The notes below the pieces were generated by a model. That model was not told the origin of the DNA and did no database searches. It saw nothing but the letters and a program-made list of their open reading frames with translations. The position numbers and the translations under genes are program-made. This document shows positions 34,342-47,849 of a DNA stretch of 64,000 nt, one piece after another. Each line of letters starts with the position of its first letter. Position 1 is the first letter of the stretch. The DNA comes from the human T2T-CHM13v2.0 reference genome, Homo sapiens, in NCBI RefSeq assembly GCF_009914755.1, contig NC_060928.1. The stretch is one strand, 5' to 3'.

Positions 34342-35304
34342 AAAGGAAATACTCTTTCAAATAAAAGAAACTTCTAAAAGGCTAAAAATTATCTCAGAAG
34401 AAATGATTTATAATATACAACCTATAAAAACCTTAACTTTCTCCTCAAATGTCTTTTGATCTTCAATTTGCTTTTCAAGTTTCCCCAACTGCATCCCTGG
34501 TTCCTTGAGATGTAAGACACAAATGGTATAAAGCAATCCCATGTGGTTTTTGCCCGCTGCAGAGAAGTCAACAGCAGCAAAAGTCTCTTAAGTTCTGTCA
34601 TCTAATGTGGAAACATCTGATATTTCTCTACTAAAAACAATTGTTATTGATGAAGAACATAAGAGATACAAAATATCTTTCTGTTCTAATTGTGTAGGGG
34701 TGAAAATTATGAGCAAAATCTAGTAGTGTGGAGTTAAAAAGAGAACAAGAAAGAATCCTAATAATTATGTTCCTCTTTCTCTTCTCCCTTCCCTCACTTC
34801 TTTCTTCATAAGAGAAACAAGGAGGAATAAAAGGAAAAAAAAATGGAGAGGGTGTAAGAAGAGGAAAAAAAAAAAATGGAGAAACAGGAAGTGTGTCCAG
34901 ACTGGAATAGTGTGTCCAAACGACACCAAGGGTGCAGTTTTTAATATTCTTAAAACCATTAATAATATGAAAATTGCCTTCTGCCAAACTCTGAAATGTT
35001 GCTTTCTCTACTCTTCCCTCCCATTCCATCCACTCCAGCCCCCAGCTGGTACTGACAACACTGGTTTTATGAAATGTTGATGACAGATTTAGCCTGCCTT
35101 TAAGTCTACAGGTCTTCCCTCCTAATTTCATAGGATGTGAATTGTTATTAGATTAAAATATAAAATGGCTCCAAACATAACTGCTGTCAGACACAGATAA
35201 GACTAAAGCTACCATGAGCAGAGACAAAAAGCAGAGAAATCGAAACACTGTAATTATATTCTGTATTTTGACCACAAGGTTAATCGGATTCATTAAAAAT
35301 AGAG

Positions 35305-35601
35305 TTGTTTTTTATCTCTTTGAGACAGGGTCTTGCTCTGATGCCCAGGCTGGAGTGCAGTGGTGTGAAGGGGGTTCACTGCAGCCTCAATCTCCTGGGC
35401 TCAAGCCATCTCTTGCCTCAGCCTCCCAAGTAACTGGGACTACAGGTGTGCACCACTATGCCCAGTTAATTTTTAAATTTTTTGTAGAGATGGGGTCTAA
35501 CTTTGTTGACCAGGCTTGTCTCAAATTCTTGGGCTCAAGCTTTCCTCCTACCTTAGCCACCAAAAGTGCTGGGATTACAGGCATGAACCACTGCACCTGG
35601 C
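35305..35601 (-). mobile_element. AluJ
   Basis: Reverse dimeric Alu. Confidence 0.85.
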
Positions 35602-36217
35602 TTAGAGTCATTTTTATATTATCAATATTTATTGCAATCATTTCAACCAACAAAGAGTCAAATATGAAAGTGAGGTAAAAGCCATGATAATGTATTAGTG
35701 TGCATAATATACAGAACATATTGAATATAGTCTTCAATAGACTGAATTTCCAAAAAGTTTATTTTTAAATTATCCATTTGCAATTTACAAAGCCCTGCCT
35801 CCAAAGAAACAGTGTTATCAGTAGTAATTACATTTCTAAATTAATTCACATCTTGGATGGAATACTACAAAGAAAAGAATGGGAGATTAAAGTCGTTCTG
35901 ATAATTGCTAAAAAATACTATACCTTTTTTATTTACCTCAAATGCATGTTCTTGAAAAACAGGCTTAGAGATAAAGAAGCTTCAATAGCAATTTTGACTG
36001 TGACTTGGTACCTGAAGGGTTTAGATTTAATGACAGTGATCCTTGATAATTCCAAAACTACTTCAAAAGGTATAGATTTATTTTTCCTTCAGAAGATGTG
36101 CTGCTAGAATTACGATTATATTTATCTGCTATGAGTGGAACATTCTGGGTTCATAAAACAGAATTGGAAAAGAGAAAAAAAGAAAGTGATTATCTTGAGA
36201 TAAATGAACAAGGATAA

Positions 36218-36614
<397 letters not shown>

Positions 36615-37416
36615 TACAGAAAGCACCCAACTTCTGAATAATCCTCTTATGGACACAGAAAAGGAGGGAGGAAGAGTTTTGATGATGATACATTTCCTTA
36701 CTTTCAAAATTTGTTTAAAACCACCACCAAAAGGGTTATAATAAGCACCTCGCTCAGGACTGGGGTATAGCAGAAGCTCAGTAAATGTGACTTTACATCT
36801 TTCTTTCCAGAAGGAAAAATTTATTTTGTTAGCAAAAGTATGTTCCTTTGGTAATAGGAATACAAACAGGCTCCATCTGACCATCACTATATCATTAGTT
36901 TTAAGATAAAAATAAATACTGGACTGATTTGTCTGTATGTATTATAAGGGTCCTGGATGAGTCACAGCATCTACTCCTTCTTGCTTTTGTTGCCCATTCA
37001 TTCATTCATCCATTCAAGGAATATGTGGACATATACTATGTATCAGGCTGTGTTCTAAGTGTTAGAGACACAGCAGTGAACAAAACCATCATGGAGTGGA
37101 CATTCTTGTGTGGAAGACAGGCAATAAGTAAACAAATGTACAAATAACACATCCAACATCAGGCAGTAATTCAGTGCTGTGGATATGGAGTGGTATGGAT
37201 GGGGTGCCAGGGAGACTGAGGATGAGCAATGAGGACATTAAGGAAATGAGGACATGAGCTGTGCCCTGCATACATCTAGGGGAAGAGCATCTAAGCAGAA
37301 TAAAGGCAAAGGCCTTGAGGCAGGACCATGCTTGGCCTGCCAAGGAACAACAAAGAGGCTGGTGTTGCTGGTCAAAGTGGGTGGAGAAGAGTGGTAAGAG
37401 ACCAGGTCAGAGGTAG

Positions 37417-37417
<1 letters not shown>

Positions 37418-37485
<68 letters not shown>
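37418..37485. repeat. (TG)34 pure microsatellite
   Basis: Read directly. Confidence 0.97.
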
Positions 37486-37486
<1 letters not shown>

Positions 37487-37910
37487 CAGAGGGTATAGGG
37501 GAGCCAGGGGTGGCAAATAATGTAGGGTCCTGCAGACTATTTTAAGAACTTTGGTTTTTAGAGTATTGGTTTCCGTAGCCATGACATGATCTGACTTAGA
37601 ATTTGAATGGATGACTCTGGCTGCTCTGTGCAGACTGAAAGGGCAGGGAGACCAATTAGGAGGCTCTTATAAAAACCTAGGTAGGTAGATAGTAGAGGCT
37701 TGGAACAGGATGAATAGACAAGGTAGGACCAAGAGAATTAGCTAAAGAACTAAATATGAGATGTGCAAGAAAGGAAGAATCAGAGATGATCCCCAGGTTT
37801 TTGGCCTGAGGAGCCAGAAGAATGGAATTGGATCTGGATTTCAGGGAAAAGGTCTTTACTAGGAATATCTGCATTCTCATTCAAAGCCACGAAAATAGAT
37901 GGAATTACCT

Positions 37911-38100
37911 AGAGTGGTGCTTTGCACACTTTAGTGTGCCTAGGAATCATCTGAAGAGCTTGTTGAAACACAGATTCCAGGGCCTTAGCCTTAGAGATTC
38001 TGATTCTGTAGGTTTGGGCTGAGGCCTGAGAACATGAATTTTTAATAAGCTCCCAGATGATGCTGATGGTGCTGTCCTGCGAGCACATTTTGAGAAGTGT
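37911..38100. mobile_element. MER5A-like hAT-Charlie MITE
   Basis: gaatcatctg...agattctgattctgtaggt...ttttaataagctcccagatgatgctgatg. Confidence 0.75.
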
Positions 38101-38724
38101 TATCCAGAGAGTAAATGCCAATGGAGAAAGGAAAGGTCCAAAGACTAAGACTAAGTCTTTGGAAAGGTCCAAAGACTAAGCCTTAGGACACTTCTAACAC
38201 TAGGTAGTCAGAGAGATGAGGAGACATTAACAAAGGAGACACAGCCTCCAGTGGGGTAGGCAGAGATATAAGCAAATGGGTGGAATCCCAGAAGCAAAAT
38301 GTAAAAGTTTCATTTCAAGGAGAACGGAGTAAACAGATGTGTCAAATTGCTGCTGATGTCAAATCACATGAAAGCTGAGAATTGACCATTAGATTTGGTA
38401 ACAGGAAGTCATTGGTAATTGGACTAGCACAGTATTGTGGGGTTGTGGTGATGAAATCTAAACTGGAATAGGATCAGGAGAGAGTGGGAGGAGATTAAGT
38501 GAAAACAGCAGATATAGGCAACTCTTTGGGAGATTTCTTGCTTTAAAAGAAAGCCAGGAGATGGGTGGAAACTGAATCCAGGTTTGGGGAGAGGCCAAGG
38601 AAAGCTTCTTTTATTAATGATGGGAGGCATCATAGGATATTTATATTCTGACGAGAATGATCTAGACACAGAAAAATTTAAGTTCGTTTTCAAAGAAGTG
38701 CAGATGATGCAAGAGAAAGGGGAT

Positions 38725-39080
38725 GTGACAGTTAATTTTATGTGTCAACTTGGCTAGGCCATTTTTGGGACAAACACCAGTCTAAGTCTAAATGGTGCTA
38801 TGAAAGTATTTTAAAAGTATTTTTTAAGATCTAATTAACATTTAAACAGGCAGGCTTTGAGTAAAGCAGATTACTTTCCATAATGTGGCTGGGCTTAATC
38901 TAATCAGCGGACAGCCTTAGGAGAAAAAGGTTCCCTGAGAAAGAGGAAAATTCTGCTTCCAGATGCCTTTAGACTTGAGCTGCAATATCAACTCTTCCCT
39001 GGGTCTCCAGCCTGCTGTCCTAACTTTCCCATTCAGTCCCCATAATGAAGTAAAACCATTACTTAAAATAAATCTCCCTC
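38725..39080. mobile_element. MLT2-type (ERVL) LTR fragment
   Basis: Starts tgtgacagttaattttatgtgtcaacttggctaggcc. Confidence 0.75.
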
Positions 39081-39625
39081 CTTCTTTCTTTTAAGCCATA
39101 AAAGTAATGACTGGCAATATGATTATCAATAAAGGCACTAAGAATTGTCAAAATTTAATTTCTAACATCTTACAGCAGTATACAGTATTACAAATCTTCA
39201 ACTTTAAATTCAAATATAGAATAAGTGACAGATTACAAAAATAGCCAAAATTATCTACACTTCCCTGTATCAATGCTCTTTTCAATGTTGCCTTGCCCCT
39301 CCTCCCATCAAGAGGCAAAGTCCATTTTTGAATCTGAGGCAGTCTTGGGACTTGCTTTGGCCAAGAAAATGTAGCAGAAGTAGCGATGTGCCAGTTCCAA
39401 GCCTAAGCTTCAAAAGGCCACGTACACTCCTACCTTCCCTTTTGGATGTCTGCCACCCCATGAACAAACCCAGTATACCGTACTTGACAATGTGGCCTGG
39501 TCATTCCTCATCAACAAATGGGTACCAAACACAAGACACACAATTGACACTATCTATGACGGGCAGAGTGGTGGCCCTCAGAAAGATATGTCCATGTCCT
39601 AATCTCTGAAATCTGTGAATATTAC

Positions 39626-40398
39626 TGATATGGGAGGCGGGCAGGGAAGTGCTGGGTAGAGAAAGGTGGGTCCCTGGTTAGGGCTCTACCCCCATGGACC
39701 TAGGTGAGGACAGGCACTCATCCTTCCGTGCCCAAATGTTGCATTTTCCAAAACCACCCTGGCCCGCCATACCCCCATCCTGGGCCTATAAAAACCTGAG
39801 TTCCTAGTGGGGAGACACAAAGGCAGCCAGACGTGGAGAGGAGCACATCAGCGGATAAAGATACAAGCAGCTGGACAGCGAGAGGACGTGGAGGGAGAAT
39901 GCCAGTGGAAGAGCACACTGACAGACATGGGAAGAGGCGGAGTTTGGCCGGGGCAGTCGGAGACCCAGGGCCACTGAGTGGTGGGACTCCAGAGGAAAAT
40001 CATCTCCCTCTGGCTCCCCCACCTGCTGAGAGCTACTTCTACTCAATAAAACCTTGCACTCATTCTCCAAGCCCATGTGTGATCCAATTCTTCCAGTACA
40101 GCAAGGCAAAAACCTGGGATACAGAAATCCCTCTGTCCTTGTGATAAGGAAGGGGTCTAATTGAGCTGGTTAATACAAGTCACCTATAGACGGCAAACTA
40201 AAAGAGCACCCTGTAACACACGCCCACTGGGACTTCAGCTGTAAACATTCACCCCTAGACACTGCCATGGGAGTCGGAGCCCCACAGCCTGCCCATCTGT
40301 ATCCTCCCCTAGAGATTTGAGCTTTGGAGCACTGAAGAAGCGAGCCACACCCCCACTGCATGCCCTCCAAGGGGCACGAGGGAACCTTTTCCATTTCA
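39626..40398 (+). mobile_element. ERV1 solo LTR (LTR1/LTR27/LTR28-like)
   Basis: TG...CA ends, 4-bp TSD ttac, TATAAAA 39787-39793, AATAAA 40045-40050. Confidence 0.82.
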
Positions 40399-40675
40399 TT
40401 ACCTCATATGGCAAAATAATTTTATTAAGTTAAGGATCTTCAGAGGAGGAGCTTATCCTGGCCCTGAATGGAATCACATGTATAAGAAAGAGGCAGAGGA
40501 ATTTTGAGACAGACACCCAGAGAAGAAGACACAAAGAGAAGGAGGACTCAATGTGACCACAGAAGCAGAGACTGGAGTCACATGGTCACAAGCCAAGGAA
40601 GACCTGGAGCCACCAGAAGCTGAAAGAGCCTAGGAACAGATTCTCCTCTACAGCCTTCAGGGGCAGCACAGCCCT

Positions 40676-41075
40676 GCTTAGTCCGTTTTTCATTGCTTAT
40701 AACACCTGAAACAGTAATTTATAAAGAAAAGACATTTATTTCTTATAGCTATGGAGGCTAAGACGTCCCAGGTTGAGGGGCCACATGTGGTGAGAGCCTT
40801 CTTCTGGTGGAGACTCTGCAGAATCCCAAAGCGGCACAGAGCATGACATGGCAAAGGGGCTGAGCGTGCTAGCTCAGGTCTCTTTTCTTCTTCTTATAAG
40901 GCCACCAGTTCCACTCCCATGATAACCTATTAATCCATTAACCCACTAATCCATGAACGGATTAATCCATTCACAAGGGCAGAGCCCTTACGACCCAATC
41001 ATCTCTCAACACTGCCACACTGGAGATTAAGTTTCAACATGAGTTTTGGAGAAGACAAATGTTCAAACCACAGCA
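40676..41075 (-). mobile_element. MLT1A/MST-like MaLR LTR
   Basis: cttagtccgttt...aagtttcaacatgagttttgga...caaaccacagca. Confidence 0.75.
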
Positions 41076-41499
41076 CTTGCCAACATATTGATTTTGGACT
41101 TTTGGTCCCCAGAACTGTGAGAGAATACATTTCTGTTGTTTTTAGTCACCTGATTTGTGGTAATTTGTTACAGCAGCCACAGGAAACTAATACATTATCC
41201 TAAACCATCCACACTCTAGCCAAGCCTCCAGCTGACCCCAGATGCATGAGCAAGCTCAGCCAAAATCAGATGAACCTGGCCCAGATTAGAAAAACCGGGA
41301 ACCCACTGGGTCATGAGTATTAATAAACAGTAGTGCTAAGCTACTGTTTTGTAGCAGTTGGTTACACAGCATAAGTTAGCTAATATGGTAGCTTTTCCTG
41401 CTCCTTTATTTCTAATTCTTCAAGTACTTATGTTTATCGAACCTATTCAAAGACACAAAATAAACTGTAGCCAATTTCGTTATTATTCCAAAAGGATTT

Positions 41500-41870
41500 T
41501 ACATCCCAATGCCATAAGATTGGCAGCTTCCCTGTCTCAGTGACATTGGGCTTTGTTTTATGACTTGCTTCAGCCAAGGGCACATGAGTGGTTATGACAC
41601 ATGCCACACATGAGTGGAAGCTTTAAGAGCTGTTGCACATTTTGGCCAGCTCTGTTTCCTCCCTATGCCACAAAATAGCATGTCCTCAGTAGTGTTTGCC
41701 TCTTCACGCTGGATTTTGGAATGATAAGGACGGATGAAGCAGAGCCTAAATCCAATCTGCAGCTGCCACAGCCTACATGTAAACTGAGTGATAAATACAT
41801 CTTTGCAGTTGTAAGCAAAGTTGGGGATTGTTTGCTATGCAGAATGGCCTTGCAAAGCTTGACTGATAAA
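41500..41870 (+). mobile_element. Old MLT1 LTR fragment
   Basis: ggattgtttgctatgcagaat...ttgactgata 3' end. Confidence 0.55.
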
Positions 41871-42376
41871 ATTATTAAAGAGTAACCCTCCAAAGAAATC
41901 ACTTGAGTGAAGAGTTTAGTTCTAACTTTACATTAAAAAAAATTTGTTTTTTTATTGTGCAAGATGTAAAATATACTTTCAGTCTCTATGGGTTTCTCTT
42001 ATTGAAAAGGATCCTTTAGTTATCTAAAATAGCATATTTCTATAGGATATAGTCTGTTAATTACTCATTAGATAGCGATACTGCCAAAATATGTCAATGT
42101 AAACATTGTAGACACTGCCAAGTTTATATGACACCAAAAAAAAAGAAAAAAAAAATCAGCACAGGCTGCTCTTTCATGGAGACCTTTAGTATGCCCATAA
42201 CCCTAGCATGCTTTCCCCCATACATGCATATAAGGAAGGAAGCCTTCCCTCTATGTGATGAGTATCTCCTAACTTCTATGCTAATGAACAGGATAAATGC
42301 TAACAAACTGATGAGTTGCTGAGAAAAATTAATGCTCCTTTGTGAGTGAGACTGTGAGAGTGAGAAGAGTACTTAC

Positions 42377-42504
42377 TGGGCTAGGGATAGAGTCAGGATC
42401 CAGCTTCTTCTGGGGCTGTGGCGGACCAGCCATCTGTGCAGGACCTCCAGGGAAGCCTCCTGGGTAAGACAGTTGTGCGCCTGCCATCTGGGGACCAGAG
42501 TTGG
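42377..42504 (-). CDS. SEC24D: SEC24D exon 6 ([17 protein letters not shown]...[11 protein letters not shown]); alternative start at 42507
   Basis: ttccAAGCAG tandem acceptor, CCA|GTAAGT donor; 128 nt; encodes the Sec24C/D-type LDPDSIPSP motif. Confidence 0.95.
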
Positions 42505-42799
42505 CTGCTTGGAAAAAATTTAAAGAGAAATGACTATCATCCCAAATCCAGCATGTAAGACTTGTTGACGATATTATGCTGTTCAGTCAAGCATGTTGTA
42601 TTTTTCATCTTATTAAAAAAAGCAAGGAGTCAAGTATGAGTGTGGTTCCCCATTTCTTTGCTCTTGCCAAAACTCTTCAAAAACTACCATTTCTTAAAAG
42701 TAAGTGACAGATACCTAGTAACATAGGAACAAAGCTGATTTTCAGTTAAGGGTTCCCCTGGGTAACACAAAGCCTTCCCCTGCACCCTGTCTGCCTTAC

Positions 42800-43075
42800 C
42801 CTGCTGCGGAGGATATCCAGCACCCAAGGTCTGGCCTGGAAGAGGTGGGGGCTGGTACTGGGCATTTGGAGGAGGAGGCCCAGAGAGCCCATCTGGTCTG
42901 TACATTGGTAGAGGCAAAGGTGAGGCACCAGGACCATTGAGTGTGGTGGGTGGTGGTGGAAGAACTTGAGATCCAGGCTGCAAAATGGACGGCTGTGGAG
43001 GTCGTGGAGGAGTCTGCAATGATGTGGCTGACAGAGGGCCAGGGGGTCCCTGGCTTGGAGGAGCCATGCCTGAAC
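42800..43075 (-). CDS. SEC24D: SEC24D exon 5 ([12 protein letters not shown]...GYPPQQ), Pro-rich disordered region
   Basis: cacag|GT acceptor, G|GTAAGG donor; 276 nt; peptide within ORF 42684..43250. Confidence 0.96.
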
Positions 43076-43271
43076 CTGTGTGAGAAAGGAGACCAGCCCA
43101 CTTAAATACCACATTTCTCAACTCTCTGACTTCTGCAAAGTACATGACAGAGATGTTTGTTTTCCTGACATAAAGCAAGAGGACACCCTTAGAAACACAT
43201 GTTTGGGTTTTTTGCCACAAATTGAAATCTTCATTCAGAAAATAGAACAAACGCTATTTTATACAACTGGG

Positions 43272-43576
43272 ATTTTTTCTTTTTTTTAAGGACAGGGTCT
43301 TGCTCTGTCACTGAGGCTGCAATACAATGGCAAGATAATGGACCACTGTAGCCTCAACATCCTGGGCTCCAGTGATCCTCCCACCTCAGCCTCCCAAGTA
43401 ACTGAGACTACAGGCACACACCACCACGCCAAGTTCATTTTTTTTTTTTTTTTTTTTGTAGAGTTGGGGTCTCGTGATATTGCTCAGGCTGGTCTCAAAC
43501 TCCTGGGCTCAAGCAATACTTCCTCCTTGGCATCCCAAAGTGCTGGGATTATAGGTGTGAGCCACCATGCCTGGCC
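43272..43576 (-). mobile_element. AluJ
   Basis: Reverse dimeric Alu with an expanded middle T run. Confidence 0.85.
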
Positions 43577-44585
43577 TGGAAAATTTTTAAAAGGTAAAAG
43601 CAACATTTATAATTTAAGTAAGGGAATTCATAGAATAAATTTTAACTCAGTTGTGTAATTACATGATATATGCATTAATTAAAGCATCTGTATCTGGTAC
43701 AAATCTAGAAAATCATATAAAAATTCTATTACATAACAAGCATTACTCAGGTAAATTGCACATTCAATAAATTATTTGCATCCTGTGCGTGACTTGACCA
43801 AACAAATTTCAGAATTAGGTAGAAATAACCAGAGACAAGAGAAGGGCCACCAACATGCTCTCCAATCATATTGGAAATAGCTGTAAAACCAGATTATGTT
43901 TTCCTTTCTCTGATTATGGGAAACTGGGTTGCTTCTTTGGAGACTTATCCATTTTGAAATGAGTAAAAGACAGAAAATAGAGGGGTTTTAATGATACTTC
44001 AGAAAACTAATTTTAAGTAACATGGAAACATTCTTCATCTAGATAAATGGCCAACTGTGCTGTCATTACAGTGGAGCCTTCCATGACTCACAGGATATAC
44101 AGCATTTCTGTTGATGTAAATCTCAGTACTGTGACTCTTTCCTCTCCTATCTTCTCTTTTCTGCCTCACAACATCTGAGCTTCCACTCTTTCCATGATCT
44201 AAACACATAATTAAAATGCACTGTGAAACAATGAGTACTATATTTCTGATTTGGGGGCCCCATCATAAACAATACAAGGTTTAAATTATCCTTATTTATT
44301 TCTTAAAATAATTTCACTATTCTAATGTTTATTTGTGAAATCAGCATTTTTTGTCTTTTCTTATTGTTCAATCATTGAATGGAAGGTATTCTGAGGGTCC
44401 TTCAATTACCTTGAAATAAGTGGCAGCATGATCAAGAAAACAATTAACTATAGCCATACATAAGATAGATGCTTTATTATTAAAAATGTCCAAATACTAC
44501 TTCAACACAGTATGCCCTAGTTACATCTATTTTAAAAATGAAGAAAACCTCTCTCATTAAAAATGACCAGGACACAAGGCAGTCA

Positions 44586-44801
<216 letters not shown>

Positions 44802-45104
44802 TCAAGCAAATGGCGTACAATAATGTTAATAGCTTGTAAAATTAAATTAAGCCTGTCTAGTAGGCCTAGGAAAATGACTGATATTATATACTAAATCTTT
44901 AATTAAGCTTGACATGAACTCAATATGATCATGTAGCATCATCTTATATTTATGCTCACATGCTGAACATGCCAAGACAGAAAAAAAAAATCCTAATGTG
45001 AGCATAAAACCAGTTCTGGAAATCAATTTGGGAAACTGAGCCAACCAGAGCCTTATCTATACTAAAGTTAATCATCAACAGAATGAAAATCAAGAAAACA
45101 ATAC

Positions 45105-45402
45105 AGCCAGGAGCAGCGGCTCATGCCTATAATCCTAGCACTTTGGGAGGCTGAGGTGGGAGGACAATTTGAGCCCAGGAATTCAAGACCAGCCTGGGCA
45201 ACATAGTGAGACCCCCTTCTCTACAAAAAATAAAACAAAATAAAATAAAAAATTAGCCAGGAGTGGTGGCGCTACTTGGGCGGTTGAAGTAAGATGATCA
45301 CTTGAGTCCAGGAGGTCAAGACTACAGTGAGCTGAGACTGCACCACTGCACTCTAGCCTGGGCAACAGAGCCAGACCCTGTCCCAAAGAGAAAAAAAAAA
45401 AA
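45105..45402 (+). mobile_element. AluJ
   Basis: Dimeric Alu with A tail. Confidence 0.85.
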
Positions 45403-46597
45403 TCTAAAAATTACATCATGCTTTACCTTTGATTTAGCTTGAACTTATTAGACGTTTATTTTTTCTTGTTCTGCATTAAACAATGGCCGCTATCTGGACA
45501 ATGTGCCTAGCATGGTTAATCTGCCAAATGCGATTAAAGCCTGCCTGAGAATCACATTATAAATTCTTATGAATTTTAAATTTTAAATTAAGTTTTCCCA
45601 AATGGTATACTCTGATTTCAATTTCTCTATCTGAAAACTGGAAACTATTTCCCCATGGCCCATGTCTTGCCTTCTGCCCCCTACTGCCATTGAGAGGTTA
45701 GGAGCAGAGCCTGAGGGAAGCCAGTGCTTGCCTGAAGTCCCACAATTTATTTGTGACAACACTAGGACCAGCGTTTTTCCAGGTCTTCAGTGAGTGCACT
45801 ATTCAAAGCATCACACTAATTTTATCTTGTCATTTTTCTCCATATGTTTAAATTGAATAATTATTATAAACAAAACAGAAAATTAACCTTCCAACCATTA
45901 CTCTGAGTGCATGACATTAAGCATATTTGCAGAATAGTATCTCACACTTTGAGATAAATAGGTGAGTGATGAAAATGCTCTTTTCCACTCATACCTCTGA
46001 ACAGCTTATTTCTGCAGTCTATGTTTTATCGGTAGCCGGAATTGACTTTATAATTTAGGACTCTTCTGTAATGATACAGAAAGGCTGCCTAATAAAATAC
46101 ATGTTGCAAGAAAAAAAAAAAAGAAAATGGTCTTTCCATTCTTTCCATTGTACGCACAAGTACAAGCTATCCTATAGCAGAAAATTGGCTAGAAATAATG
46201 GAATGAATAACATTGTAACCCAAAAATACTGTTAAACAAAACTATCCAATTTCTCTCCTGTCAAACTTTTCAAAAAGCCCAACACAGTTAGGCTAAGCAC
46301 CCTTTGACTTAAATACTTTTTGGAAGAAAATGAATAAAAGATAGAAAATACAAACATTAACTTTTCACAGTAAAAGTTTTCTTTATATCTCTAATCAATT
46401 AATGACACTGGTGAAACACAAGCACAAAAAATATAATTCTAGTCCTGCATGACACATTTAAAATATGTTGTGATCACTAAAAAATGATTTCAAGAATTAC
46501 ATTAAAGGTCTGTTTTGTAAATCCATTGTTTCCTAAGACGAAAACATTTCTTCTTTTTAAGAAATAATACTTTTTCGTCTTTTAAAAAAACTTTGTC

Positions 46598-46991
<394 letters not shown>

Positions 46992-47495
46992 TTACAGATG
47001 TTGGATTTGATAAGCAGAAACTGGGGATGTTGCATTTATATGGAGAAAAAAGCTCCCCAAAACATTTTCAAAGGTGTTTCATAAATGCTAGTACTTTTAA
47101 ATATACAGTTCTGTGAATCATTTTTTGTTTTTACAATACAGGTAGGGCAAAATATATTTCAAACAGGAGTTATAACACAAGCAGCTTCAAGTATTTTTTT
47201 TAACTTAACAAAGGTTAAGGATTTAAAATAGAGAATGAGAGACTATATAACCATCAGTTATTACTTTCAACTCATAAATGCCTACTTATGATTCAGTGCC
47301 TAACATATACCCCAGGAGTTAGGTTTCAGAAATTCACAAATAAATTATTTCTTTCTGACCAACTTAAATATGGTAAGTCTTAAATAGATTTGGTTTTTAA
47401 AAGCAATTATTATCAATTTTAAAATAAATAGAATAGTATTAAATGGCTAACAAACCCCTCATATAAATGCCTCACATAAATGAGGGAAGAGATGA

Positions 47496-47849
<354 letters not shown>

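Larger units (their letters stand above)
36990..38720 (-). mobile_element. L2 fragments, interrupted by a (TG)n and MER5A
   Basis: cattcattcattcatcc reverse L2 tail followed by L2-like purine-rich body. Confidence 0.7.
39555..41194 (+). mobile_element. MLT1C/D-like MaLR LTR in three pieces
   Basis: Ends ...ggaaactaataca; 5-bp TSD ctatc / ttatc. Confidence 0.7.
39225..41385 (+). mobile_element. Old MLT1F/G-like MaLR LTR split by younger insertions
   Basis: 5' part 39225-39554 and 3' part 41195-41385 flank the nested elements. Confidence 0.6.

Noticed and set aside
34631-35678. 154-166 aa ORFs
   Set aside because: Low-complexity or Alu-derived, no homology, no splice support.
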